DNA of 64,000 bases from an uncultured bacterium (GTDB lineage: Bacteria; Auribacterota; Erginobacteria; Erginobacterales; Erginobacteraceae): contig CAZPMN010000001.1 in assembly GCA_964587835.1 (NCBI GenBank), forward strand, positions 22,232-86,231. The letters run 5' to 3'. The first letter of the stretch is position 1; each line of letters starts with the position of its first letter. The notes below the pieces were generated by a model. That model was given only the letters and a program-made list of their open reading frames with translations, searched no databases and was not told the origin of the DNA. A program made the translations under genes and the position numbers. This document shows positions 37,183-46,557 of the stretch, in pieces.

Positions 37183-39578
37183 ATCTATCCGGAAGCAGGA
37201 TAGTTCCCTCCCTGGTTCTGCTGGCGGCTTTGCTGGGAGGATGGATCACGATCCCTGGTCCCGTCGGCGCCCGGGACTGTCCCACCTGCCCGGATCCGAC
37301 CCCCGCCTCCCAGATGGAGTATTTATGGCCCGGCGCCCCGGATCCCGTCTCCCGATCCTGGTCGGAGGCCTCCGTGGAATCGAGTCCCACCCCGGCTTCC
37401 ACCGTGCCGAAACGGTTGGCCGTTCCGTCTCCCTCGCCGAAGCCGGCGGCCATCGTCTGCCGAGGGGACCGGCTCCGCTACCGGGACGGGGGAAAGGTTA
37501 TCACTGCCGAGGGAAACGTCCGGATTGGATACAAGGATGTCCTCCTGACCGCCGACCAGGCCACCGTCTACGTGGAGAGAAAAGAAGCCTACGCCTCCGG
37601 GAACGTGACCCTGACCCGGGGGGATAACGTGATTCACAGCGACAAGATCAGGTACGATTTTCTCACCGAAGAGGGGATCCTGGCCCCCGGGAGCGGATTT
37701 TATGAACCCTGGTATGGCTGGTCCGAGACCCTGGAAACGGAAGGAAATCAGAAGATGATGTTTTACGGGGGTGCCGCCAGCACCTGCGACGAGGATGAGC
37801 CACACTACCGACTGGAGGCGGCGGAACTGGTGATCTATCCCGAGGACCATCTGGTGGCCCGCAACGTGACCTTTTACCTCGGCGATGTCCCCATTCTCTG
37901 GCTGCCCTGGTTCCGCCGTTCTCTCAAGAGCGACTGCCGCGGTTTTTTCCTCTACCCCGGCTACCGGGGTAAGTGGGGTTTCTTCTTTCTCTCCGGCTAT
38001 CATTGGTGCGTCCCCGGGCTCAGTACCACCTTCCATCTTGACTACCGCCAGCGCCGGGGTTGGGCCTACGGACTCGACGGTAACTTCTATCCGGGGCGGG
38101 CGGGGGTGGGGGAGTGGCAGACCTATTACCTAAAGGACGAGGAATATGAGAACGAGGCCGAAGAGACCCTTGAGAAGGAAAGGTACCTGGCCGAGTTCCG
38201 ATACCGCCAGCCCCTGCCTTACCAGATCGGAAGTTATATCGCCCTCAGTTACGCCAGCGATTCCACGATCCGCAAGGACTTCTTTCGCCAGGAGTACGAC
38301 GCCGACGCTCAGCCGAAATCCTACGCCTACCTCAGCCGGAGGTGGAAGGATATCTTCCTCAGCCTGGAGGTACAGCCCCGGGTAAATGACTTCGAATGGT
38401 TGACCGAGAGGCTGCCGGAGGCGAAACTCCAGATTCAGGAATTCCAGATCAGCGAGAGTGATTTCTACTACCAGGGGGAGAACTCATATTCCTACCTGAC
38501 CAAGAAGAGACCCGAACGGTCATCTTCCCTCTATGAATCCGGCCGGTTTGATACCTATCACCGATTGAGCTACTCTCGGAAGTTTTTCGGTTGGTTGAAC
38601 ATCCTCCCCTCCACCTCCCTCCGCTATGACTTTTATTCCCGCGGGCCCGCCCGTCCGAGCGAGTCCGCCCCCGATTCGGATAATGGCTCCGCCGACGATC
38701 CGACGGCTCCGTCTCCCATCCCCACCCCGGAACCTTCCGAGGAGCGGGACCTCTGGCGGCGGACTTTCTCCGCTGGCCTCGAGGTAACCACCGATATCTA
38801 TGGGCTCTTTCCTGTTCAATCCCAGTGGCTGGAGATCGACCAACTCCGCCACGTCATCACTCCCTCGGTCAACTATATCTTCACCGACAACCCCACCGTC
38901 CCCACCGACGAAATCTACCAGTTCGACAGTATCGATAGGATAGGGCGAACGAACTACTTCCTCCTCAAACTGCGCAATCGACTGCAGACCAAGAGGGGAG
39001 AAGGTGACCGAGGTGGCGATCAAGATGACGAAATCGAAGGAATCGAGGAGGGGCTGGCCAAAGAGGAGGCGGCTTCCAAGAGCAGCTGGACCCTGGTCGA
39101 TTTGATTATCGCCACTCCCCTCTATACCCGTCCGGATAAGGATAACCAAGGCCAGCTGATCGGCGATTTTGATGGCCGGCTGACGATCCAGCCCTATTCC
39201 TGGATCGGTCTCAACCTCGATCTCGCCTACAACAGCTACGACAACCGATTCCTGAACGATACCCTGGACCTCTGGATCAGGCCGGAAGATGATTGGTGGG
39301 TAACTTTCTCCCACAATTACCGTTACGGAAGGGACCGGAACCAGCTCTCCGCGGAGGTCTACCTCCGGATCAACCCGGTCTGGGCCTTCCAGGTCTACAG
39401 TCGTTACGATACCCTGAGAGGGGGGTTCGAGGAGGAATCATTCAAGATCTTCCGGGATTTCCACTGCTGGAGCGCGTCCCTCGAGTACGAGCGGCAGGAG
39501 GATGAGGACGATTACTCCTTCCTCCTCACCTTCTGGATCAAGGCCTTCTCCCAGGCCCCCCTCCGCCTGAGCAACTAA
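37179..39578 (+). CDS. lptD: LptD-like LPS-assembly outer-membrane protein
   Basis: Signal peptide, OstA-like AEGNVRI/ASGNVTL, STCD..PHY, long Tyr/Trp-rich beta-barrel. Confidence 0.8.
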   Translation: MNLSGSRIVPSLVLLAALLGGWITIPGPVGARDCPTCPDPTPASQMEYLWPGAPDPVSRSWSEASVESSPTPASTVPKRLAVPSPSPKPAAIVCRGDRLRYRDGGKVITAEGNVRIGYKDVLLTADQATVYVERKEAYASGNVTLTRGDNVIHSDKIRYDFLTEEGILAPGSGFYEPWYGWSETLETEGNQKMMFYGGAASTCDEDEPHYRLEAAELVIYPEDHLVARNVTFYLGDVPILWLPWFRRSLKSDCRGFFLYPGYRGKWGFFFLSGYHWCVPGLSTTFHLDYRQRRGWAYGLDGNFYPGRAGVGEWQTYYLKDEEYENEAEETLEKERYLAEFRYRQPLPYQIGSYIALSYASDSTIRKDFFRQEYDADAQPKSYAYLSRRWKDIFLSLEVQPRVNDFEWLTERLPEAKLQIQEFQISESDFYYQGENSYSYLTKKRPERSSSLYESGRFDTYHRLSYSRKFFGWLNILPSTSLRYDFYSRGPARPSESAPDSDNGSADDPTAPSPIPTPEPSEERDLWRRTFSAGLEVTTDIYGLFPVQSQWLEIDQLRHVITPSVNYIFTDNPTVPTDEIYQFDSIDRIGRTNYFLLKLRNRLQTKRGEGDRGGDQDDEIEGIEEGLAKEEAASKSSWTLVDLIIATPLYTRPDKDNQGQLIGDFDGRLTIQPYSWIGLNLDLAYNSYDNRFLNDTLDLWIRPEDDWWVTFSHNYRYGRDRNQLSAEVYLRINPVWAFQVYSRYDTLRGGFEEESFKIFRDFHCWSASLEYERQEDEDDYSFLLTFWIKAFSQAPLRLSN

Positions 39579-39601
39579 CCCCGCCCCCCCCATATTTCTG
39601 A

Positions 39602-39864
39602 ACCGCAAAGAACGCAAAGATCCGAAGGATTTAAACCACAGAGGACACAGAGAGCACAGAGCAGCGGGCGAATACCTGGGTTGAAAATCAGGGGGAGCGA
39701 GCTACTCTCGCTCCCCCGCTAAGATAATCCAGATCGGAAAAGATAGTTTTCCGAGCTCGGATTCTCTTCGCGGGGGGCTCGGGATCTTCGATCCCGGCCC
39801 CCTGATTTTCAACCCAGGTATTCCCGGCCTTGGCGGCCCTTTGCGTTCTTTGCGTCTTTGCGGT
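39602..39864. mobile_element. Composite MITE-like element: nonamer arms enclosing a 154-bp element with 26-bp perfect TIRs
   Basis: GAATACCTGGGTTGAAAATCAGGGGG 39670-39695 and reverse complement 39798-39823; internal hairpins; outer ACCGCAAAGAACGCAAAG / CTTTGCGTTCTTTGCGTCTTTGCGGT. Confidence 0.8.
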
Positions 39865-39875
39865 GAATGATTTTT

Positions 39876-41957
39876 TCAGCTCTCCCGGCGGGCAGCGACG
39901 ATTTCCTCGGCCAGGGTGTAGGGTACCGCCTCGTAGTGCTCGAAGTGCATTGAGAAGTCGGCCTTGCCGCTGGTGATGGTCCGTAGTTCGGTGGAGTATC
40001 CGAACATCTGAGAGAGGGGGACCATCCCGGAGATCACCGCCGTCTTTCCCTTGGTTTCCATCCGAACGATCCTGCCCCGTTTGGCACCGAGGGAACCGGT
40101 GACCGCTCCCAGATACTCGTCCGGTGCGGTGATCTCAATATTCATCACCGGTTCCAGCAAACGTAACCCCGCCTTCCGACAGGCGTCCCGGAAACCGGCG
40201 GCGGCACAGGTCCGGAAGGCCTGCTCCGATGAGTCGACCTCGTGGGCGGAGCCGTCCACCAGGAAAAATTTGACATCGATCATCGGGAATCCGCTGTAGG
40301 GTCCCTTGGCCATTGCATCCAGGACTCCCCGCTCAACCGCCGGGATATACTCCCGGGGAACCCGGCCTCCTCGAACCTCGTTTTCAAACTGGAACCCGGC
40401 GCCCGAGCGGTTCGGCTCGATCCGGAATTCGATATGGGCATACTGGCCGTGTCCCCCGGTCTGCTTGACATGCTTGTGGACGTGTTCGCACGACCCCAGG
40501 ATTGTTTCCCGGTAAGCGACTTGAGGAGCGCCGGATTCCACATTGACGTCGAATTCCCGGCGGAGCCGATCGAGAATAACGTCCAGGTGGAGTTCCCCCA
40601 TCCCGGAAATGACCACCTCGTCGGTCTCCTGGTCGGTCCGGATGACGAAGGTGGGGTCTTCGTCCGAGAGGCGGGAGAGGGCTTTGGAGAGGCGGTCCCG
40701 GTCGACAGTGCTCTCCGGTTTGACCGCGACCCCGATAACCGGGATGGGAAATTCGATTGACTCCAGAACGATCGGGTGGTTTTTGCTGCAGATGGTATCT
40801 CCGGTCCGGGTTTCGCTCATCCCGACCACCGCTCCCACGCCACCGGCCCGGAGTTCCTCCACCGCAATTTGCTTGTTGGCGTGCATCTCGAAGAGCCTTC
40901 CCACCCGCTGATCTATGCCCCGGGTGGAGTTGTGGTAGCTCTCCCCCGCCCGGAGTATCCCGGAGTAAACCCGCAGATAGAGCAGCTTCCCCATATGTTT
41001 GTCGGCGGTGATCTTGAAGGCGAGGGCCGCCAGAGGGGCGTCGTCTTTCGGATGACGGATGATCTCGCTGTCTTCCTCGTCCAGGGTCCCGATGACCGGG
41101 GGAAGATCGGCTGGGGAAGGGAGGTAGTTGACGATGGAGTCGAGGAGGAAGCGGATCCCCTTGTTTTTGAAGGCCGCCCCGCAAAGGACGGGTATTACCT
41201 TTCCGGCAATTGTGGTATTGCGCAGGGCGCGAACGATTTCAGCTTTCTGAGGAGTTTCGCCGTTGACAAATTTCTCCATCAGACTCTCGTCCTCTTCGCT
41301 GATCTTTTCGATCAAAAGCGCCCGGGCCTCTTCGGCCTGCCCTTGCATATCGGTGGGGATTTCGTCTTCCCGAGGAAGGGCCAATCCGCCGTTTTCCTGA
41401 TAATAGATCGCCCTCATCTCCACCAGGTCGATGATTCCCTTAAAATCCGCCTCCGCCCCGATCGGGATGGCGATCGGAACCGCATTGGCCCCCAATTCCT
41501 GCCGGATTTCGGAGATCACACCCGCAAAATCAGCCCCTGCCCGGTCCATCTTGTTGATAAACGCCAGCCGGGGTACCGAGTATTTTTCCGCCTGGCGCCA
41601 GACCGTCTCGGATTGGGGCTGGACCCCGCCCACGGCGCAGAAGAGAGCGATGGTGCCGTCCAGGACCCGGAGCGATCTCTCCACCTCCGCCGTGAAGTCG
41701 ACGTGTCCGGGGGTGTCGATGATGTTGATTCGATGCCCCTTCCAGTAGGTGGTGGTGGCGGCGGAGGTGATGGTAATTCCCCGTTCCTGTTCCTGAATCA
41801 TCCAGTCCATGGCGGCTTTCCCGTCGTGAACCTCTCCGATCTTGTGGCTCTTGCCCGTGTAAAATAAAATCCGCTCGGTGACGGTAGTCTTGCCGGCGTC
41901 GATATGGGCGGTCAGGCCGATATTGCGGATATTGCCGATTGGAAAAATATCACTCAT
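39876..41957 (-). CDS. fusA: Elongation factor G, stand-alone copy
   Basis: [32 protein letters not shown]. Confidence 0.95.
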   Translation of the reverse strand: MSDIFPIGNIRNIGLTAHIDAGKTTVTERILFYTGKSHKIGEVHDGKAAMDWMIQEQERGITITSAATTTYWKGHRINIIDTPGHVDFTAEVERSLRVLDGTIALFCAVGGVQPQSETVWRQAEKYSVPRLAFINKMDRAGADFAGVISEIRQELGANAVPIAIPIGAEADFKGIIDLVEMRAIYYQENGGLALPREDEIPTDMQGQAEEARALLIEKISEEDESLMEKFVNGETPQKAEIVRALRNTTIAGKVIPVLCGAAFKNKGIRFLLDSIVNYLPSPADLPPVIGTLDEEDSEIIRHPKDDAPLAALAFKITADKHMGKLLYLRVYSGILRAGESYHNSTRGIDQRVGRLFEMHANKQIAVEELRAGGVGAVVGMSETRTGDTICSKNHPIVLESIEFPIPVIGVAVKPESTVDRDRLSKALSRLSDEDPTFVIRTDQETDEVVISGMGELHLDVILDRLRREFDVNVESGAPQVAYRETILGSCEHVHKHVKQTGGHGQYAHIEFRIEPNRSGAGFQFENEVRGGRVPREYIPAVERGVLDAMAKGPYSGFPMIDVKFFLVDGSAHEVDSSEQAFRTCAAAGFRDACRKAGLRLLEPVMNIEITAPDEYLGAVTGSLGAKRGRIVRMETKGKTAVISGMVPLSQMFGYSTELRTITSGKADFSMHFEHYEAVPYTLAEEIVAARRES

Positions 41958-41962
41958 AATTA

Positions 41963-42090
41963 CCTATTCTCTATTCCCTATTACTGCTCACTGCTCACTG
42001 ATTACTACTCACTGATTACTGCTCACTAATTACTAATTACTGATTACTGATTACTGATTACTGATTACTGATTACTGATTACTGATTACT
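41963..42090. repeat. Heptamer tract, 16 units (7 perfect GATTACT) plus CTATT-type units
   Basis: GATTACT/GCTCACT/AATTACT units 41979-42090; same family as 1308-1405 on the opposite strand. Confidence 0.97.
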
Positions 42091-42275
42091 ACTACCCATT
42101 CCCCACGCGAAAAGTCCGCCACCATATAGATTAATCCGTTAAATGCAAGCACTATTTGTCTCCAAGCCATCCTGAACCAGACAAAGGGCGGGGAGAACTA
42201 ACATGTCCGGGCCGGCTATTGGGCGGAAATAATTGACCTTGTCTTACTCGCGGTCATCCTCTATTTTTAATCACC

Positions 42276-43073
42276 ATGAAAGCCGCCGCCTATTTTATTT
42301 CCGACGCCCACCTCGGCCTGCGAATTGCCGGGGGAGAGGGGAGAGAAGCCGCCCTGCTGAACTTTCTGGCCGGGATCACCCCGCGGGCCGGCCAGCTGTT
42401 CATCGTGGGAGATCTTTTCGACTTCTGGATCGAGTACCGCCGGGCGATTCGGCCCGATTATTTCCCGGTGTTATCCGCTCTCTACGACCTTGTCCGTTCG
42501 GGTACCGAAATCCACTACTGTCTAGGCAACCACGACTTTGCCATTGGTCCCTTTATCGAGCGGACGATCGGAATCAAGGTCCATCGGGCGGGGTATCAAG
42601 GGCTCGTCCAGGGAAGACGGATCTACGTTACTCACGGCGATGAACTTCGCGACAGTGATCGGGCCAACCAGGTTCTTCGCCGGATTTTGCGAAATCGGGT
42701 TCTCCAGGCTTTCTACCGGACTCTTCATCCCGATATTGGCGTTGCCCTCGGCGAGTTCTTTTCTCGGCTGAGCCGGAACTGCCTGATCACCGATCCTTCC
42801 CCGGAGATCCTGGCGGACTACCGTCAGGCGGCGGGCCAGCAGCTGTCCCGGGGTAACGAGATCGTGGTCGCCGGCCATACCCACGTTCCGGAATTGAGCG
42901 ATCTGCCCGGCGGGAGGTACTGCAATACCGGCAACTGGATCCGTCGATACACTTTCGCGCTGATGGAAAAAGGAGAGATCAGCCTGCAAACCTACTCCCC
43001 CCCGCCCCCGGCGCGTGCGGATTCGGCGATCACCGATCACGCCGAGGGAGCGAACCCCCGGAATTCAAGATGA
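42276..43073 (+). CDS. lpxH: UDP-2,3-diacylglucosamine hydrolase
   Basis: ISDAHLG, GDLFDFW, GNHD, HGD, GHTH, NTGNW. Confidence 0.85.
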   Translation: MKAAAYFISDAHLGLRIAGGEGREAALLNFLAGITPRAGQLFIVGDLFDFWIEYRRAIRPDYFPVLSALYDLVRSGTEIHYCLGNHDFAIGPFIERTIGIKVHRAGYQGLVQGRRIYVTHGDELRDSDRANQVLRRILRNRVLQAFYRTLHPDIGVALGEFFSRLSRNCLITDPSPEILADYRQAAGQQLSRGNEIVVAGHTHVPELSDLPGGRYCNTGNWIRRYTFALMEKGEISLQTYSPPPPARADSAITDHAEGANPRNSR

Positions 43074-44125
43074 TAAAAGCCCTGTTTTGTTTTCGCCGTG
43101 TGTCCGTCCAACTGCTGTGCCTGTTTCTGATGCTTGCCTCCTTTCCCCTATGGGCGTCCGATTCGACGCAATGGGGGAGGGTGGAGGATGACCGCGGGAC
43201 CTTTGATGTGGAGATCACAGTCGGCCGGGTAACCCGGATTGAGGGATCGGTAGAGGAGACGATCCGCCCCTACTATGAGCAGATCGGGCAGGATACGCCC
43301 GGGGAAAGCTATAGCCTCGACGATCTGGGGCTGGACGGAAAGCAGACCACCTTTGGCGGGCGGATCGAGAAGAGATGGAAATATCTCACGCTTGGTTTCG
43401 GCGGTTTTTATTACAACCCCTCGGCCGAGGCCACTGCGATTCAGGACTATTACATCGGGATCGACGATAAGATCGAGTACCGGGGAGAAGAGTATGAATA
43501 TCTAATGATCCCGGAGGGGCAAGCGTTCTCGGCCGATCTGAAGACGGCATTCTGCGAACTGAGCCTTTTAGTCACTCCGGCGACCATCGCCCCCCTGCCG
43601 GATTTTGAATTTCTTCCATTCCTCTATCTCGGGGTGGTTGGTGTTTTCGGCAGCTACGATATCGACGCCGGGCCCCCGAGGGGGACGGTATCCTACGAGA
43701 ATCCGCCCCGGGAGTATGTGGTCGGGGGGCGTAGCGACGGCTGGACGGGAGCGGGGGTTCCGGCCGTCGGACTGGGCGGAGAGGTGCGGATCGGGCCTCC
43801 CGACGGCCTGCGGTTGACGGCGCGGGCCTGTTATTCCCTCTTTCGTTACGACGGGTCCACGGACTACATCCCGATCTCCATCCGGCACGAGAAGCGTCTC
43901 GACCTTGATTACGACAGTTTTTCCGGCCGGGCCCGGCTGGAATTTCCCCTTTCAGAGAAGGCCGATCTCTTCTTCGGGGTTTCCTACACTTATCTCAAGC
44001 TGGACGGTGACGCCACCGCCACCGATAAGGAACCGGAGGAGATCGAAGAGTTGCGGGAGAAGTACGACAAGAAGCTCTATTTCGAGATGGTGGAACTGCA
44101 CGCCTTTACCGGCTTGAGCTTCTGA
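43070..44125 (+). CDS. Hypothetical outer-membrane beta-barrel protein
   Basis: Signal peptide, alternating beta pattern, C-terminal GLSF. Confidence 0.65.
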   Translation: MIKALFCFRRVSVQLLCLFLMLASFPLWASDSTQWGRVEDDRGTFDVEITVGRVTRIEGSVEETIRPYYEQIGQDTPGESYSLDDLGLDGKQTTFGGRIEKRWKYLTLGFGGFYYNPSAEATAIQDYYIGIDDKIEYRGEEYEYLMIPEGQAFSADLKTAFCELSLLVTPATIAPLPDFEFLPFLYLGVVGVFGSYDIDAGPPRGTVSYENPPREYVVGGRSDGWTGAGVPAVGLGGEVRIGPPDGLRLTARACYSLFRYDGSTDYIPISIRHEKRLDLDYDSFSGRARLEFPLSEKADLFFGVSYTYLKLDGDATATDKEPEEIEELREKYDKKLYFEMVELHAFTGLSF

Positions 44126-44229
44126 CCCGGCCCGCTCGCCGGGATGTTTTGCCCGGCTGAAAGGATAAAATGGGCTGGTCGCCCCGTTTCTGACCTTCCC
44201 GCGTCCCGCTGTCTCACGTTTTCTCGTGT

Positions 44230-45081
44230 ATGAAGAAGAAGGTGACCATCGATAGTTCAGGATTGCCTCGGGCCCTGACCATCGCCGGCTCCGACTCCGG
44301 GGGCGGGGCGGGGATTCAGGCCGACCTCAAGACCTTCCTCTCCTTGGGGGTTTTCGGAGCCACCGCCCTGACAGCGGTCACCGCCCAGGATACCCGGGGG
44401 GTGAGAGAGTTCTCCCTGATATCCCCCCGGCTGCTCGGAGCCCAGATCGACGCGGTGATGGAAGATATCGCTCCGTCAGCGGTCAAGACCGGGATGCTGG
44501 GGGGAGCGGGAATCATCGAGACTGTGGTCCGGAAGGTGGCCGAGCATGACATAACCCGGCTGGTCGTCGATCCGGTGATGGCGGCCACCTCCGGGGACCG
44601 GTTGCTGCGTTCCGGGGCGGAGGAGAAACTTATAAACCTCCTGCTTCCGGCGGCGCTGATTGTCACCCCCAATCTTGATGAAGCCGGCCTCCTGGCCGGG
44701 TTCCCAGTCACCGACCGGAGGTCGATGCGCCGGGCGGCCCGGGCGATCCGCGCTCTGGGGCCCCGCTACGTGGTGGTCAAGGGCGGCCACCGGCGCCGGG
44801 ATGCCGACGATCTTCTCTTCGACGGTCGGGAGATGTTCTTCCTCCCCTCTCCCCGCCTGACCGGGGAGAATCTCCACGGAACCGGCTGTACCCTGTCGGC
44901 GGCGATCACCGCGTTTCTCGCCCGGGGTTTTCCGCCCCGGGAAGCGGTCATATCCGCCAAGAATTATATGGTCGCGGCCCTGAAAAACCCCTTGCATCCC
45001 GGCCGTGGCTCGGCGGTAGTCGACTGGTCAGCCGGCGGCAGGGGTGAATATCCGGTGGCAACTCCCCGGGAGAGGCGGTAG
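44230..45081 (+). CDS. thiD: Hydroxymethylpyrimidine/phosphomethylpyrimidine kinase
   Basis: IAGSDSGGGAGIQADLKT, VKTGML, HGTGCTLS. Confidence 0.95.
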   Translation: MKKKVTIDSSGLPRALTIAGSDSGGGAGIQADLKTFLSLGVFGATALTAVTAQDTRGVREFSLISPRLLGAQIDAVMEDIAPSAVKTGMLGGAGIIETVVRKVAEHDITRLVVDPVMAATSGDRLLRSGAEEKLINLLLPAALIVTPNLDEAGLLAGFPVTDRRSMRRAARAIRALGPRYVVVKGGHRRRDADDLLFDGREMFFLPSPRLTGENLHGTGCTLSAAITAFLARGFPPREAVISAKNYMVAALKNPLHPGRGSAVVDWSAGGRGEYPVATPRERR

Positions 45082-45174
45082 AATAAAATAAATCGACCGG
45101 GATCGGGTCTACCCCACCGCAACTAACACCGGGGCCCGCATCCCCGGATAAAGAGCAAACCCCAGGGAAGGATT

Positions 45175-45678
45175 ATGACCATTATGCCGATCAAGATTTA
45201 CGGGACCCCGGTCCTGCGGGAGAAAGCCCGTCCGGTTGAAGGGATCGATGACGGGGTTCTGGACCTGATCCGCCGGATGACGGAGAGCCTCTACTATCAT
45301 CAGGGCCTGGGACTGGCCGCCAACCAGGTCGGGGTGGCGACCCGGCTCTTCCTGGCCGACGAGGGGAAAGGACTGAAAATATTTCTCAACCCCGTAATCC
45401 TGGAGCGGACAGGGAGGGTGGCCGGAGAGGAAGGCTGCCTCAGTTTCCCCGAAGTCTTTGTGGAGATACCCCGGGCGGAGTCGCTGCTGGTGGAGTACCT
45501 CGACGAGAAAGAGGAGGTTCGGAGAATGGAGGCGGAGGGCCTGCTGGCCCGGATCATCCAGCATGAATACGATCACCTGGAGGGGGTTTTGATCTGTGAC
45601 CGGGCCGGATTCATCGCTTCCCGGATGATCAGAGGGAAGCTGAAAAAGCTGAAAAAGCGGTCCCGGGAATCTATGTGA
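45175..45678 (+). CDS. def: Peptide deformylase
   Basis: GLGLAANQVG, EGCLS, QHEYDHLEG. Confidence 0.97.
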   Translation: MTIMPIKIYGTPVLREKARPVEGIDDGVLDLIRRMTESLYYHQGLGLAANQVGVATRLFLADEGKGLKIFLNPVILERTGRVAGEEGCLSFPEVFVEIPRAESLLVEYLDEKEEVRRMEAEGLLARIIQHEYDHLEGVLICDRAGFIASRMIRGKLKKLKKRSRESM

Positions 45679-45724
45679 TTTAATTTCCCTGCCGTCGCCC
45701 GGCAAATTATTGGGGAGGAAGTTA

Positions 45725-46519
45725 ATGGCGGAGTCTTTACCGAAGGCGGGACAAGCGCCTTTCCTTTCCGTGGTCATCCCGGCCTACAACGAGGAATCGC
45801 GCTTGCCGGCTACTCTGGATCGGATCGCGGAATACCTCCGGGGACAGTCCTATCCCTACGAGGTGATCGTGGTCAGCGACGGCAGCCGGGACTCGACGGC
45901 CGCCGTCGCCCAAAGCTGGCGACCGGAGGGTTTCCCGCTCGAGGTCGTCGACCGGAAGGAGAACCGGGGCAAGGGCTATACGGTCCGGGAAGGAGCGGCC
46001 CGGGCCCGGGGTGAGCGCATCCTCTTCTCTGACGCCGATCTCTCTACCCCGATTGAGGAAGTGGAAAAGTTCCTTCCTTTTTTTCGGCAGGGTTACGAGA
46101 TCGTGATCGGTTCCCGTTCGCTGAAAGATTCGAATATCCTGGTCCGGCAGCCGTTTTACCGGGAACTGATGGGGCGGGTATTCAACCGGCTGGTCCGGAT
46201 CCTGGCGGTCCCGGATATCGCCGATACCCAGTGCGGGTTCAAATGCTTTTCCCGGCGCGCGGCGGACGGGATCTTCCCCCGCTGCCGGATCGACGGGTTC
46301 AGTTTCGATGTTGAAATTCTTTTTCTGGCCCGCCGTCTCGGACTGGCGGTCCGGGAGGTACCGGTCAGATGGCGGAACGCCCCCGGCAGTTCGATCAGCC
46401 CAGCGCGCGATTCCCTGCTGATGCTGGTCGACATCATCCGGGTGCGGGTTTACGCCCTCCTCCGGTCCTATCCGGCGGAGGTGTCTTCAGCAAACCATAT
46501 ACCGGGGGATATCTCCTGA
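45725..46519 (+). CDS. GT2 polyprenol/dolichol-phosphate hexosyltransferase
   Basis: VVIPAYNE, NRGKG, DADLSTP, DTQCGFK, FSFDVE. Confidence 0.85.
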   Translation: MAESLPKAGQAPFLSVVIPAYNEESRLPATLDRIAEYLRGQSYPYEVIVVSDGSRDSTAAVAQSWRPEGFPLEVVDRKENRGKGYTVREGAARARGERILFSDADLSTPIEEVEKFLPFFRQGYEIVIGSRSLKDSNILVRQPFYRELMGRVFNRLVRILAVPDIADTQCGFKCFSRRAADGIFPRCRIDGFSFDVEILFLARRLGLAVREVPVRWRNAPGSSISPARDSLLMLVDIIRVRVYALLRSYPAEVSSANHIPGDIS

Positions 46520-46557
46520 CGGACAGGGATGGGTGGAGAGCAAGATCCGGGGATAAT

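Noticed and set aside
44126-44229. TPP riboswitch upstream of thiD
   Set aside because: No CTGAGA or CCTGAT/GCGTAGGGA-type core visible
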